Below are positions 8,946-20,394 of a stretch of DNA of 22,377 nt, one piece after another (positions within the stretch are counted from its first letter, which is position 1; each line of letters opens with the position of its first letter). This DNA is from Octopus sinensis (Eukaryota), in contig NW_021836927.1 in NCBI RefSeq assembly GCF_006345805.1, positions 1 through 22,377 of the forward strand. Reading direction: 5' to 3'. The notes under the pieces are model-generated. The model was given only the letters and a program-made list of their open reading frames with translations. It was not told the DNA's origin and made no database searches. The translations under genes and the position numbers were made by a program.

Positions 8946-9058
8946 CTATCTGTTTGTCTGTCTCTCTGTCTGGCTAGCTTCCTAACTGGCTGCTGGCTGG
9001 CTGGTTGCCTGGCTGGCTGGGTGTCTGGTTGGCTGACTGGCTGTTTGTCTGTCTGTTT
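8860..9058. repeat. (TATG)n(TA)n(CTGG/CTGT)n compound microsatellite
   Basis: Directly visible. Confidence 0.9.
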
Positions 9059-9418
9059 GATGTAGGTATCTTCTGAAAACCAGAGTGTGTGCATGTTTTT
9101 ATCAATCTAATCTATTTTTAGAGATATTTTTTAAAATTCATGCCTTCTTTGCAGCTTATTTGGAACAGCAAATTTTTCATATCCATCATCCCCATTTTAG
9201 ACCTCCTACCCTAAAAGGTCTTGATGATGGATTGAAAGGGCTAGATGAATGATAAAGGGATTTTACTGTTTCAAGTATTTGCTAGAGAAATCATACGACA
9301 AAATGAAAATATAGCCTTAAAACAAAATTGGAACTAGAATGTCCAGCGTTAATACTACCGACGCGCGTGCACACGCTTACACAAATGTACGAACGTATAT
9401 ACATGCATGTATAATACA

Positions 9419-9714
9419 TCTTTATATATAAAAGAGAAGTTGTGTGTCTGTCTCCTACGATTTAGATTCCTAACTACTCCCACATTTTGCGGTGCAGTTT
9501 AACCAAAACCGGGTATCTTATAGTCGTGATTCATATCGAGCCCTTCTGGGTATTAGCGCGCGTCTACGATGAGTCTACGATTTAAAAAGAAATTACCATC
9601 ATCTTTTTTCCATTTTTAATGCATTTTTTTGCTATTTTTTGGCTATAACTCTCTAAAAATGCTTATATAGTTATTTCCCTTACAAACCCGAGCAACGCCG
9701 GGCGATACTGCTAG
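9419..9714 (+). mobile_element. Complete non-autonomous Helitron (296 bp)
   Basis: A|TCTTTATATATAAAAG 5' end; GC hairpin CCCG(A)GC-AAC-GC-CGGG at 9687-9702, 8 nt before CTAG|T; inserted between A and T with no TSD. Confidence 0.88.
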
Positions 9715-9800
9715 TCATGTATAAACGTAAACGCTGCCATCTACATACATACATACATACATACATTCATCATACATACATACATACATACATACATACA

Positions 9801-9836
<36 letters not shown>

Positions 9837-11097
9837 TACAAACGAAAACAAGGTGGCAGAGACTTAACATAGATCCAAAATGCTTTCCAATGTCGCATCA
9901 TATCCCTTCGGCAACATCTTTTAATCACCAAGTGTCGAAGTGCATCCCTTGACCAAGTTTGCATACATGAGGCTGATAACGTCATAAGACTTGGAAGGCA
10001 GCTCTTTGAGCAGCACTGTGTCTGATAACCTAGAATACATGCCCAAAGAACTCGCACGAATCTACCGCAACGTATCATCAGATGTAAGGATGAGTCTATA
10101 TGAGCAGAAGACTATGCATGGATATGTTAGTAGAAAGCTCCGTGATAATAGTAACATCGATCATCAATGCAGTTTATCATGGACCAATAGCCGGATTACT
10201 ACCTCCCACTTTGAAGGGTATGCGTTTGCAATCCAAGAACAGGAAATACCAACCAAGTACGTGATGACAGAGATGCAGGTAAAGTCATAAAATGTGACAA
10301 CCGATGCAGACTTTGTAGAGTTCACACTGAAAATATCACCCACATCATAAGCAGTTGTCCGAAAATATCATCACGGTATCATTTACCAATGAAACATGAT
10401 GTTGTAGCTAGAACACTATAATGAAAACTGTCGGAAGGATAATTCCGAGGACAAAGAAATAAGATCCCACAATATAGTAGAGGCCATAGCCCCTCATAAT
10501 AGAAAATAATACTGGTGAAATGTATCAGTGAAAACCTCAATGAAATGTAAGCACAACAGACCTGATATAATGATTTGCGATAGAGAAGAGAAACTGTGCA
10601 CAGTTCTGGAAATTAACTGCCCAGTGAATGTTAACATAAAGCTGAAGATCGGTGAAAAAGAGAACACCTATGCTGAACTATTTGAGAAATCTGCAGTTAC
10701 TCTATCTAGATTAAATGTTCAGGTTTATACCTGTAATTTTTGGGGCGTTGGGATATGTAACACACTGCCTAAATACCCATCTTGAGAAATTAGGCTTCTC
10801 AAACCAGAAAGAAGTCTAATTCGAAGACTACAGATCCAATCTATCACTGGAACTGTAAAAATCTGTAAAACTTTCCAGAAGTTTATCACTTAAACATATA
10901 TGAGTATGTCTAGATATGCAACTATATGTATGAGAATACATACATAAAACATACAAATCTGCACACACATACATACATACAACAAACAAAAATACCTTGT
11001 TGTTGATGTTGAAATTCCAATGAAGAAGCCTTGGATCTAGGTTAGAAACCGGTTCTTTCTGTATTGGCAAGAAATCTTGAAATAAACTGAATAATAA
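9837..11097 (+). mobile_element. 5'-truncated, degenerate RLE-type non-LTR retrotransposon (R4/Dong-like)
   Basis: Frameshifted peptides: RKQGGRDL (R..GGRGL); KTMHG; FEGYAFAIQEQEIPTKY; CCHC knuckle CRLCRVHTENITHIISSC (about 10305-10358); KHDVVA; restriction-like endonuclease HNRPDIMICDREEKLCTVLEINCP...EKENTY; stop about 10893; 3' UTR with AATAAA. Flanked on both sides by (TACA)n. Confidence 0.88.
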
Positions 11098-11139
11098 CAT
11101 GCATACATACACACATACATACACACATACATACATACA

Positions 11140-11171
<32 letters not shown>

Positions 11172-11225
11172 GAGTTGAGCACTGGGGTCGATGTAATTGA
11201 CTAGGCCCCCCTCCCCTAAAAAGCT
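11172..11225 (+). mobile_element. Short old fragment of SINE family D
   Basis: AGTTGAGCACTGGGGTCGATGTAATTGACT matches the family D body. Confidence 0.6.
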
Positions 11226-11757
11226 GGTAAAATCGCATGTGCATTAAAACGAAATAAAAGAATAAAGCAAGTTATATAATGGTCTGCATGCCACGTCTGA
11301 GACCATTATCATGCAGTTTTCTTGTTTATAAGCATGACATCTTTCTAACATCTTTCTTCCATTTTGGAAGCTTTGTTCTTACCAGCATTCATTGGGCTAC
11401 TTTTCGTTGAATCTTTCCAAACGATGATTTCTTTTGTCTTTTGGTGACTAGAATGTTTATTTATGAAATTCACGAGGAATGGTATTGGACTCAATGTTAC
11501 AATTTCAATTGTTGACCGCAACACCCGGATAAAACTGTGCGTCATATGTCCGCAACACCCTATTTAAGAATGTTTCGTTATCATACACACGCACGAACAA
11601 TAAGCTGGTATATGCGTGATCTCTCCATCTGCTAGAAATTTCAGTTAAATCTTCGAGTTACGTCATTCGTCTTGATAAAAAATACAACACTTGTATTTGG
11701 ATATTAGAAATTGGCATATAAACAACCAAGGAGACTGACACAGAGGAGTAGATAAAT

Positions 11758-12194
11758 CAGTGGTTCTTAATCGGGGTCCATATGAAACCTGAGGGTCTAC
11801 ATGAGATTTTTGAGGGTCTACAAAACAACATATTGGGGATCCCCAATACTATTTTAAGGGCCCATGAAAAGATTTTGCTTTAGATGTATGTATTGGTATG
11901 TATAGACAGAAACAGTTAGGTTTCCTTCTCAGACATTTTACATAGTTCAACATATACAAGTTAATACTTACTTTTACTTACTTTACTTACTTTTACTTTT
12001 ACTTGTTTCAGTCATTTGACTGTGGCCATGCTGGAGCACCGCCTTTAATCGAGCAACTCGACCGCGGGACTTATTCTTTTGTAAGCCCAGTACTTATTCT
12101 ATCGATCACTTTTATCGAACCGCTAAGTAACGGGGACATAAACACACCAGCATCGGTTGTCAAGCAATGTTAGGGGGACAAACACAGACACACA

Positions 12195-12232
<38 letters not shown>

Positions 12233-12289
12233 TATATATATATATATATAATATATATATATATATATAATATATATATATATATAAAT

Positions 12290-12322
<33 letters not shown>

Positions 12323-12326
12323 AATA

Positions 12327-12374
<48 letters not shown>

Positions 12375-12666
12375 CATATATACGACGGGCTTCTTTCAGT
12401 TTCCGTCTACCAAATCCACTGACAAGGTGCCACTCTGTGGGACTGAATCCGGAACCATGTGGTTGGTAAACAAGCTACTTACCACACAGTCACTCCTGCG
12501 CCTATATGTGTGAAAAACAAAATAGGAATTTTGGAAGAAGTTTCTATGGAACTAGTTTTTTAAACATCAAATGGTTTCTTTTTTGGGATGGGGGGGGGTC
12601 CACCAGAATAATATAGTAATCAGAGAGATCCAAAGATAATAGAAAAAAAACTGTTGAGAACTCCTG
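11758..12666. mobile_element. hAT (Charlie-like) MITE interrupted by a SINE
   Basis: TIRs CAGTGGTTCTTAAT (11758) and GTTGAGAACTCCTG (12653-12666), 10/14 match; 8-bp flanks AGATAAAT / AGATAGAC (6/8); repeated subterminal GGGTCYA motifs. Confidence 0.72.
11966..12502 (-). mobile_element. SINE family B copy with expanded internal (TA)n, expanded (TTTTAC)n tail and 43-bp deletion
   Basis: Collinear with other copies apart from the listed changes. Confidence 0.93.
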
Positions 12667-12859
12667 AGATAGACAGACAATCGTATATACTTACAGACAG
12701 ACAAAGACAGACTGACATAGTTAAACAGATAGCTACCTACAAACAAACAGACAGACATAGAGCATTCTTTAGGGTCATAATTTTGGTAATCTCGTTACTC
12801 TCAGAAACACTTTACTACTGTCTTGTATAAGGTTAGGCGTGGTTTCATCAACTGTTTGT

Positions 12860-13289
12860 GGTGATGGTACGTTGTGGCGGTGGTGGTAATAACGGTAGTA
12901 GTCGTAATATTGGTTGTTATTGTTGCTGTTGTTGTTGTTCTGGTGGTGGTGGGGGTGGGGTGGTGGTGGTGATGGTGGTAGTAGTGATGGACTGACACTA
13001 GTGGTTTGCGGTGCTGATCGTGGTGGCCGTTGTCGTACTGGCTGTGGTTAGTCGTGAAGGTTATAGTAGTAGTAGTAGTGGTGGTGGTGGTGGTGGTGGT
13101 TGTCGTCGTCGTCGTCGTAGCTGTAGTAGTAACCATGGTGGTGACGGTGGTTATGGTGCAGTTATGATAATGGCGTTGTTGTTTGTGGTAATGTTGGTGT
13201 TGGTGTTGGTGGTGCCGGTGGCAGAGGCGACAGCTGTTGTTGTTGTTGGTGGTGGTGGTGCTGCTGCTGCTGGTGTTGATGTTGTTGCT

Positions 13290-13321
<32 letters not shown>

Positions 13322-13690
13322 GGTGGTGGTGGTGGTGGTGGTGGTGTGGTAATGGTGGTGGTGGAGGTGGTGGTGGTAATGGTGGTGGTGGTGGTGGTGG
13401 TGGTGGTAATGGTGGTGGTTATGGTGGTGGTGGTTATGGTGGTGGTGGTGGTAATGATGGTGGTGGTGGTGGTGGTAATGGTGGTGGTGGTGGTGGTGGT
13501 AATGGAGGTGGTGGTGGTAATGGTGGTGGTGGTGGTTGTGGTAATGGTGGTGGTGATGGTAATGGTGGTGGTGGTGGTGGTGGTGGTGGTGGTGGTAATG
13601 GTGGTGGTGGTGGTGGTGATGGTGGTAGTGGTGATGGTGGTGGTGGTTGTGGTAATGGTGGTGGTGGTGGTGGCGCTGTTGGAGGCGGTA
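12860..13690. repeat. Long (GGT/GTT/GGTAAT)n low-complexity tract
   Basis: Directly visible; gives poly-G/V/H/T ORFs in several frames. Confidence 0.92.
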
Positions 13691-13764
13691 AAGAAACTGT
13701 TGGTGGTTGAATTTGTTAGTGTTTAACTCCCAGGTCTGACGAAACAAACGTATAAATACAAATA

Positions 13765-14615
13765 AAAGACTTGCAAGTAAATTTGGAAAGCAGAAACTGA
13801 AAGAAACCCATAGAATATGAGCTGGCAGAATCGTTAGCACCTCGGGCAAAATGCTTACCGGTATTTTGTCTGCCGCTACGTTCTGAGTTCAAATTCCGCC
13901 GAGGTCGACTTTGCCTTTCATCCTTTCGGGGTCGATAAACAAAGTACCAGTTTCGCATTGGGGTCGATATAATCGACTTAATCCTTTTGTCTGTTCCTGT
14001 TTGTCCCCTCTGTGTTTAGCCCCTTGTAGGCAATAAAGAAATATATATACGTGTGGGTGTGCACGCGTGTGTGTGTGTGTGCGTGTGTGCGCGCGTGTGT
14101 GAGTGTATGTGTATTGTGTGTGTGTATTGTATGTGTGTGTGTATTCTGCGCGTATGTGTTTGCATTGTGTGTGTATGTGTGTGCTTATGTGTGTGTGTAT
14201 TATGCGTGTGTATGTGTGAATGTGTATGTATATCGTGTGTGTATTGTATGTGCGTATGTGTGTGTATTATGCATGTGCATGTGTGGATGTGAGTGTATGT
14301 ATGTGTGTATGTCTATTGTGTGTGTGTATTGTGTGTATTGTGTCTATATGTGTTTGTATTGTATGTGTGTATGTGTGTATGTTGTGTGAGTGTGTGCGCG
14401 CGCGCCTTCATGCCGTTTTTGTCACCGACCAATACTTGGCAACCGGTCTAGGTTTGTTTACGGCTCCGTAACTTAGCGTTTCATCAGAAGACACAGATAG
14501 AATAAGTATTTGTCTAAAAGGGAAAATACTGTGTACAATTCGTTCAATCAAATGCCCTTTATGATGCTTGCTCCAGCATGGCCTCAGTCTTATGACTGAA
14601 ACAAATAAATGATAA
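13765..14615 (+). mobile_element. Old SINE family B relative, host of a family D insertion, with about 360-bp degenerate (TG)n
   Basis: AAATTTGGAAAGCAGAAACTGAAAGAAACCC before the insertion; CCGTAACTTAGCG...GCTCCAGCATGGCCTCAGTCTTATGACTGAAACAA after the (TG)n. Confidence 0.75.
13819..14043 (+). mobile_element. tRNA-derived SINE, family D (possible Meta/MESC-type core)
   Basis: GAGCTGGCAGAATCGTTAG (A box), GAGTTCAAATTCC (B box), GCCTTTCATCCTTTCGGGGTCGATAAA...AGTACCAG core; matches 15942-16180 and 19915-20152. Confidence 0.92.
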
Positions 14616-14671
14616 CCGAAAGCGCCTACTAAATTATCGAAAGTGAGGCAAGCAATGAAGATAATAAATAA

Positions 14672-14950
14672 CCCTTTCTACTAAAGGCACAAGGCCTGAA
14701 ATTTTGAGGGACGGGGCAAGTCGATTATATCGACTCCAGTGCGTAACTGGTACTTATTTAATCCACTCCGAAAGGATGAAAGGCAAAATCGACCTCGGTG
14801 GAATTTGAACTCAGAACAGACGAAATACCTATTTTTTTTATTACCCACAAGGGGCTAAACACAGGACAGACAAACGGATTAAGTCGATTATACCGACCCC
14901 AGTACGTAACTGGTACCTATGTAATCGACCCTGAAAGGATGAAAGCAAAG
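14672..14950 (-). mobile_element. Two abutting partial family D SINEs with different 3' tails
   Basis: 14672-14829 (tail CTTTCTACTAAAGGCACAAGGCC) joined at AATACC to 14825-14950 (tail ATACCTATTT..ACCCACAAGGGGC). Confidence 0.85.
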
Positions 14951-15335
14951 GTGTGACTGTGTGGTAAGTAGCTTGCTAACCAGCCACATGGTTCCGGTTT
15001 CAGTCCCACTGCGTGGCATCTTGGGCAAGTGTCTTCTGCTATAGCCTCGGGCCGACCAAAACCTTGTGAGTGGATTTGGTAGACAGAAACTGAAAGAAGC
15101 CTGTCGTATATATGTATATATATATATATATATGTATATGTGTGTGTATGTGTTTGTGTGTCTGTGTTTGTCCCCCTAAGTGACCGATGTGTCACTTAGC
15201 GGTTCGGCAAAAGAGACCGATTGAATAAGTACTGGGCTTACAAAGAATAAGTCCCGGGGTCGATTTGCTCGACTAAAGGCGGTGCTCCAGCATGGCCGCA
15301 GTCAAATGACTGAAACAAGTAAAAGAGTAAAAGAG
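14951..15335 (+). mobile_element. SINE family B copy truncating a family D copy
   Basis: Collinear with 6709-7128, small internal deletion near 15180-15192, tail AGTAAAAGAGTAAAAGAG. Confidence 0.93.
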
Positions 15336-15529
15336 AAAATATATATATATAATCGGTTGTAGCTCATCTACAAAGTATGAGGCCTAGTACCTATGTCAGA
15401 AACCATTGCTCAACATTTCAAACGCTGCTGGGACCTGTGACAGTAACATTGCTGTGCCGAATATACTTCCAGTGCAAATCTCGCTTGAGTCAGATTCGCT
15501 TTTCAACTTCTTCGCGCGTTGATAAAATA

Positions 15530-15880
15530 ATATCTGGGAAAAGGGCTTGTCGATTACATCGACCCATGTGCTTGACTGATACTTGATTTATCGACCCCGA
15601 AGGAATAATAGGCACAATCGACCACAGTGGAACTTGAACTTAGAGCGTAAAGAGCAAGAAGAAATAACGCTAAGAATTTTGTCTGATGTAATAGCGATTC
15701 TACCAATCTTCCGTTTACAATAATTTATTACATTGATCTAAGGCCAGACATTTCGGGGCAGAGAGGTGGGGGAGAAACAGTCGTTTATACTGGGCCCTGT
15801 ATTTGACTTGTATTTTATTTTATGGGCTCTGAACAAAGTCGACCTCGGCAGGATGTGAATTTAGAACTTAAAGAGCCGAT
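15530..15880 (-). mobile_element. Two old tandem family D copies (about 15530-15715 and 15730-15880)
   Basis: GTCGATTACATCGACCC...TTTATCGACCCCGAAGG...TTGAACTTAGAGCG and CAAAGTCGACCTCGGCAGGATGTGAATTTAGAAC. Confidence 0.75.
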
Positions 15881-15941
15881 AGGTGCAACATCATTTAGAG
15901 GAAGTGATTCAGACACATTAATTTATTTCGATATATTACTG

Positions 15942-16180
15942 ATACCTATTTCTTTACTACCCACAAGGGGCTAAACAACGAGAGAGGACAAACAAGGACA
16001 GACAAACGGATTAAGTCGATTACATCGACCCCAGTGCGTAACTGGTACTTAATTTATCGACCCCGAAAGGATGAAAGGCAATGTCGACCTCGGCAGAATT
16101 TGAACTCAGAACGTAATGGCAGACAAAATGCGGCTACGCATTTTGCCCGGTGTGCTAACGTTTCTGCCAGCTCGCCGCCT
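15942..16180 (-). mobile_element. Young full-length family D SINE with 18-bp flanking duplication
   Basis: TATTACTGATACCTATTT at 15934-15951 and 16181-16198. Confidence 0.93.
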
Positions 16181-17084
16181 TATTACTGATACCTATTTTA
16201 TTGGTCACCGGGTGGATGAAGAGCAAGGAAGCTTTAAAGTAATATGAACTTAGTTGGTAAATTAATAACACTTCTTCTCCTTTGTTTTACGGATTTCATC
16301 AACTCTCCGCTGTCGCTTTGTAACGGAATTTCACTATAAAGCATGTTGTTTCTTTCACATCATGGAAGAGACATTGTAGCCATTTAAGCGACACAAAAAA
16401 ATCTGATGTTTTCACTTTTCGGCAATTTCTTGAGGTGTCAAGGTTTTCGTCGCATCTCTGTGGCCAGGCTACTGATACTGTTCAGCTACATCTAAGAACA
16501 GTACAACACTAAAATGATTGTGCCACCACATATTTTCTGTTTTAACACAGGTTCAGATTAAGTCATTGACTAGACAATTACGACTCCAGAATACGGCTTT
16601 TTGAGGGGTCCGTAACTGAAATAATAATCGATATGATTGTGTTGTTGTTGTTGTTGCTGTCTCCTTCGTCTTCCAATCAGGACTCACGCCATTAGCCACA
16701 AAGAATAATCTCTAATTCGAGCCTACTCTAAGCTACTAAGAATGCGTGTGGCAACTTGAAGATCCACCGACCACACGCGATAGACTGGCGGTTGCACGGG
16801 CGCGATAGCTACGTTGTTTTCCTCATTCCGTAAACGGTGGCTTTTAACGGGTGTGGAGAGCTGAACCATCCTGGGGTACAGAGGATTCGCAATCTAGACT
16901 AGGGTCTGAAAGTTTACCACACCATAGTGGGTTACACCATGGTTCCTCTGCTTTATGGCAGAAGTAAGAAGAAAGAGTGATGAAAATTTTTAGAAAAATT
17001 TTCAAAAATATTGAACGAAACCAGCAAGCAACAAAAATAATAATAAAAGATGGTAACAATGGCTTACCAACAAGATGCAACGAT

Positions 17085-17503
17085 AACAACAACAACAACG
17101 AAGTTGAAGGAGAAGAAGAAGAAGATGAAGAAAAGACGGAAGATGAGAAGAAGAAGATTGCAGGAAGAAGAAGAGGGAAGAAGAAGAGCGAGAAGAAGAA
17201 GACGAGCGAGGATGATGATGATGAAGAAGAAGAAGAAGAAAAAGAGAAGAAAGAAGAAGAAAGAAGAAGAAGAAGAAGAAAGAAGAAGAAGAAGAAGAAG
17301 AAGAAGAAAGAGCGAGGATGATGAAGACGATGATAATTAAGACGATGATGATGTTGATGACGATTTCGGTGATGGTGGTGGTGGTGGAGGAGGAGGAGAA
17401 GGGAAAGGATGATGATGCTGAATATGATGATGATGATGAGGAGGAGGAGGAGGCCGAAGAGGAGGAAGAGGAGGAAGAGGAGGAAGTGGAAGAGGAAGAG
17501 CAG
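17085..17503. repeat. (GAA/GAT/GAG)n purine-rich tract
   Basis: Directly visible. Confidence 0.92.
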
Positions 17504-18109
17504 GAACTTCTGTAAAATAGCAAAAATAACTAGCCGAAACCCAACAACCAAATTTCAGGCAGGCATTAATTGAATTGTTGTCGTTCCGCTGTGTCAGGCA
17601 GGCAGCCGATATATTAGGAGGAGCGAGCAAACATGGCATGGAAGGTTGCGCGGAGTGAAAGGAGGGGGGGGATTAAACCTAGGGTTTAGGGCGGAGGGGT
17701 GGGTGGGTGGCAGAAGCAGGTTTGGGATGTAAGATAGAGCGACGGAAGTAGGGTAGTAAGATCCTTCGTATGACGTATGAAGCCGCAGAATGCATGTTGC
17801 AGTAATATACGCTTAGAAAACATTGGGGAAATAATGGCGGTAAGAATTCGTAGCATGGAACATCAATGGCAACAACAACAATAACGTTAACAACAGCAAT
17901 GACAATAGCAACAATAACAACTGCTAGAGAAAAAAACATTGGTAGTTCTGGTGGTGAGGTGGTGAGGTGGTGAGGTTGATGGTAATGGGTAAAAGATATT
18001 GATGATATTTGTGGTGGTTGTTTGTGTTGGTGGTAGCGGCAATGGCGGGGAGGGGGGCAATAGTTTTGGTGGGGTTTTATAGTGTAGTAATGGTTGCACA
18101 ACATGTAAG

Positions 18110-18390
18110 GCGGTGGTGTGGCATCGGTGGCGGTGGTGTTGGCAACGGTGGCGTTGGTAGCCAGCCGTGGCCGCGGCGATGGCTGCGGCGATGGAGGCAG
18201 CGGTGGTGGCGGCGGTGGCGGCAATATTGGTGGTGGTGGTGATGATGGTGGTGGTGGTGGTGATGGTGGTGGTGGTGGTGGTGATTATGGTGGTGGTTGG
18301 TGGTGGTGGTGGTTATGGTGTATGATGGTGGTGGAGGTGATGGTGGTGATGGTGGTGATGGTGGTGGTGGTGGTGGTGGTGGTGTAATGA
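18110..18390. repeat. (GGC/GGT)n tract
   Basis: Directly visible. Confidence 0.9.
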
Positions 18391-18612
18391 TGCTGTCGAA
18401 AATACTGATTATGGTGATAACGATGTCGTGTTGACGAAGATCGAGATGATAACCATGATCACAATGGTAGTGGAAATGTTGATCATGATAAAGATCGTGA
18501 TGATGATGACGAAGATGATGATGATTATGATGATGAGGAGGTTAATAGTATTATCAGTTGTAGGGGCGTGGTGGTGGTGGTGATTTTGACAGTAAAGATG
18601 GTAATTTATTGC

Positions 18613-18701
18613 ATATATATATATATATATATATAGTCTATATTATCCAACTGTTGTTATTGTTGTTATCATTGTTGTTGTTAATGTTATTACTATGTAT
18701 A

Positions 18702-18740
<39 letters not shown>

Positions 18741-18769
18741 TATATATATATATATATATATCTATAATC

Positions 18770-18807
<38 letters not shown>

Positions 18808-19183
18808 ATCTATACTATATATATATACAGCATATATCACCATACCGACCAGACCTTCGGATGTGATGATGTGCCCCTTTAGTTCTCCAGCGATGCCACA
18901 TCGCCAGTTAGGCGGGCAGCCCTATATATATATTTATATACATACATACTTATATACATACATACACATACATACATACATACATACTACATATATGTAT
19001 ATACATACATATGTATGTATATACATACATACATATGTATATGTGAATGTATATGTGTATGTACATATATATGTATATAATATACACGCATGCATACACA
19101 CACACACATGCGCACACACACACGCGCACACACACATGCACACACACTCACACACATATATGTGCGTATGTATGTATGTATAT
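18613..19183. repeat. (TA)n/(TACA)n/(CA)n compound microsatellite region
   Basis: Directly visible, with a short non-repetitive island at about 18830-18922. Confidence 0.85.
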
Positions 19184-19400
19184 AGTCTCCTGAAATATAC
19201 AGTTGTTAGAATCGAACCCTGTAGTCATTGTGTTTACATACAATTCCCAAAGACTTATATTTGTCTATTCGAAGCCCGAGGATGTTGGAGTGGATTAGAT
19301 CTGCTGTTGCTAATGTTATTTGTATTGATGTCCGACATGCTATCGCTGTTGTTGACGATGTCGTTGTTGATCTTGCTGTTGAAGTCGTATTTATTGTTGA

Positions 19401-19789
19401 GTGGAGGCGCAATGGCCCAGAGGTTAGGGCAGCGGACTCGCGGTCGTAGGATCGCGGTTTCGATTCCCAGACCGGGCGTTGTGAGTGTTTATTGAGCAAA
19501 AACACCTAAAGCTCCACGAGGCTCCGGCAGGGGATGGTGGTGATCCCTGCTGTACTTTTTCACCACAACTTTCTCTCACTCTTACTTCCTGTTTCTGTTG
19601 TACCTGTATTTCAAAGGGCCGGCCTTGTCACTCTCTGTGTCACGCTGAATATCCCCGAGAACTGCGTTAAGGGTACACGCGTCTGTGGAGTGCTCAGCCA
19701 CTTACACGTTAATTTCACGAGCAGGCTGTTCCGTTGATTCGGATCAACCGGAACCCTCGTCGTCGTAACCGACGGAGTGCTTCCATCCG
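19401..19789 (+). mobile_element. Full-length tRNA-derived SINE, family A (copy 2)
   Basis: A and B boxes as in copy 1; TSD TTTATTGTTGA (19390-19400 / 19790-19800). Confidence 0.94.
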
Positions 19790-19914
19790 TTTATTGTTGA
19801 AGTTGTTCTGGATGCTGCTGTGTTGTTGATGTTTATGATGATGATGACAGCCATGATGTTCCTGTTGCTGCCGTCGTTTCTCGTGTTGTTTTTGTAGTTA
19901 TTGCTGCTACTTTC

Positions 19915-20152
19915 ATACCTATTTCTTTATTGCCCACAAGGGGCTAAACACAGAAGGGACAAACAAGGACAGACATAGGTATTAAGTCGATTACATCGAC
20001 CCCAGTTCGTAACTGGTACTTAATTTATCGACCCCGAAAGGATGAAAGGCAAAGTCGACCTCGGCGGAATTTGAACTCAGAACGTAACGGCAGAAGAAAT
20101 ACCGCTAAGTATTTCGCCCGGCGTGCTAAAGTTTCTGCCAGTTCGCCGCCTT
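19915..20152 (-). mobile_element. Full-length family D SINE
   Basis: Near-identical to 15942-16180; no clear TSD seen. Confidence 0.92.
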
Positions 20153-20394
20153 AAAGCCGGGTGAAATACCGTTCTCTTTGTTCTTATAGTTGTTCTGTAG
20201 TTCTTTTTGTTGCTGTTATTGTTACTGATGCTACTGTTGATGTTGTTGTTTTTGATATCTTTATTGCTACCGTTATCATTATTTATAAACACGTGGTTGC
20301 ACTACAAACTACGAGGGAAGTTTGTAGCTTTAAGTGTGTTGAAGAATTTATATGAAAGAGAGAGAAGGATACATATATTTCTTTATGATTTTTT

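Noticed and set aside
9175-9237. Imperfect hairpin ATCCATCATC...GATGATGGAT containing TTGATGA
   Set aside because: No hammerhead topology (no stem II/GAAA/UH arrangement); cannot assign.
13151-13849. Long poly-His / poly-Gly / poly-Val ORFs
   Set aside because: (GGT)n tract is open in multiple frames on both strands and runs into SINE sequence; no evidence of a real glycine- or histidine-rich exon.
15355-15520. Non-repetitive island with ORF 15377..15586 and a faint EEVEKRI LINE-like peptide on the minus strand
   Set aside because: No sustained motif; the ORF runs into a SINE.
16260-17870. Higher-complexity stretches and ORFs 16844..17551 and 16977..17321 as possible exons or regulatory DNA
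   Set aside because: ORFs are dominated by GAA/GAT repeats; no recognisable domain or splice structure; conservation data would be needed.
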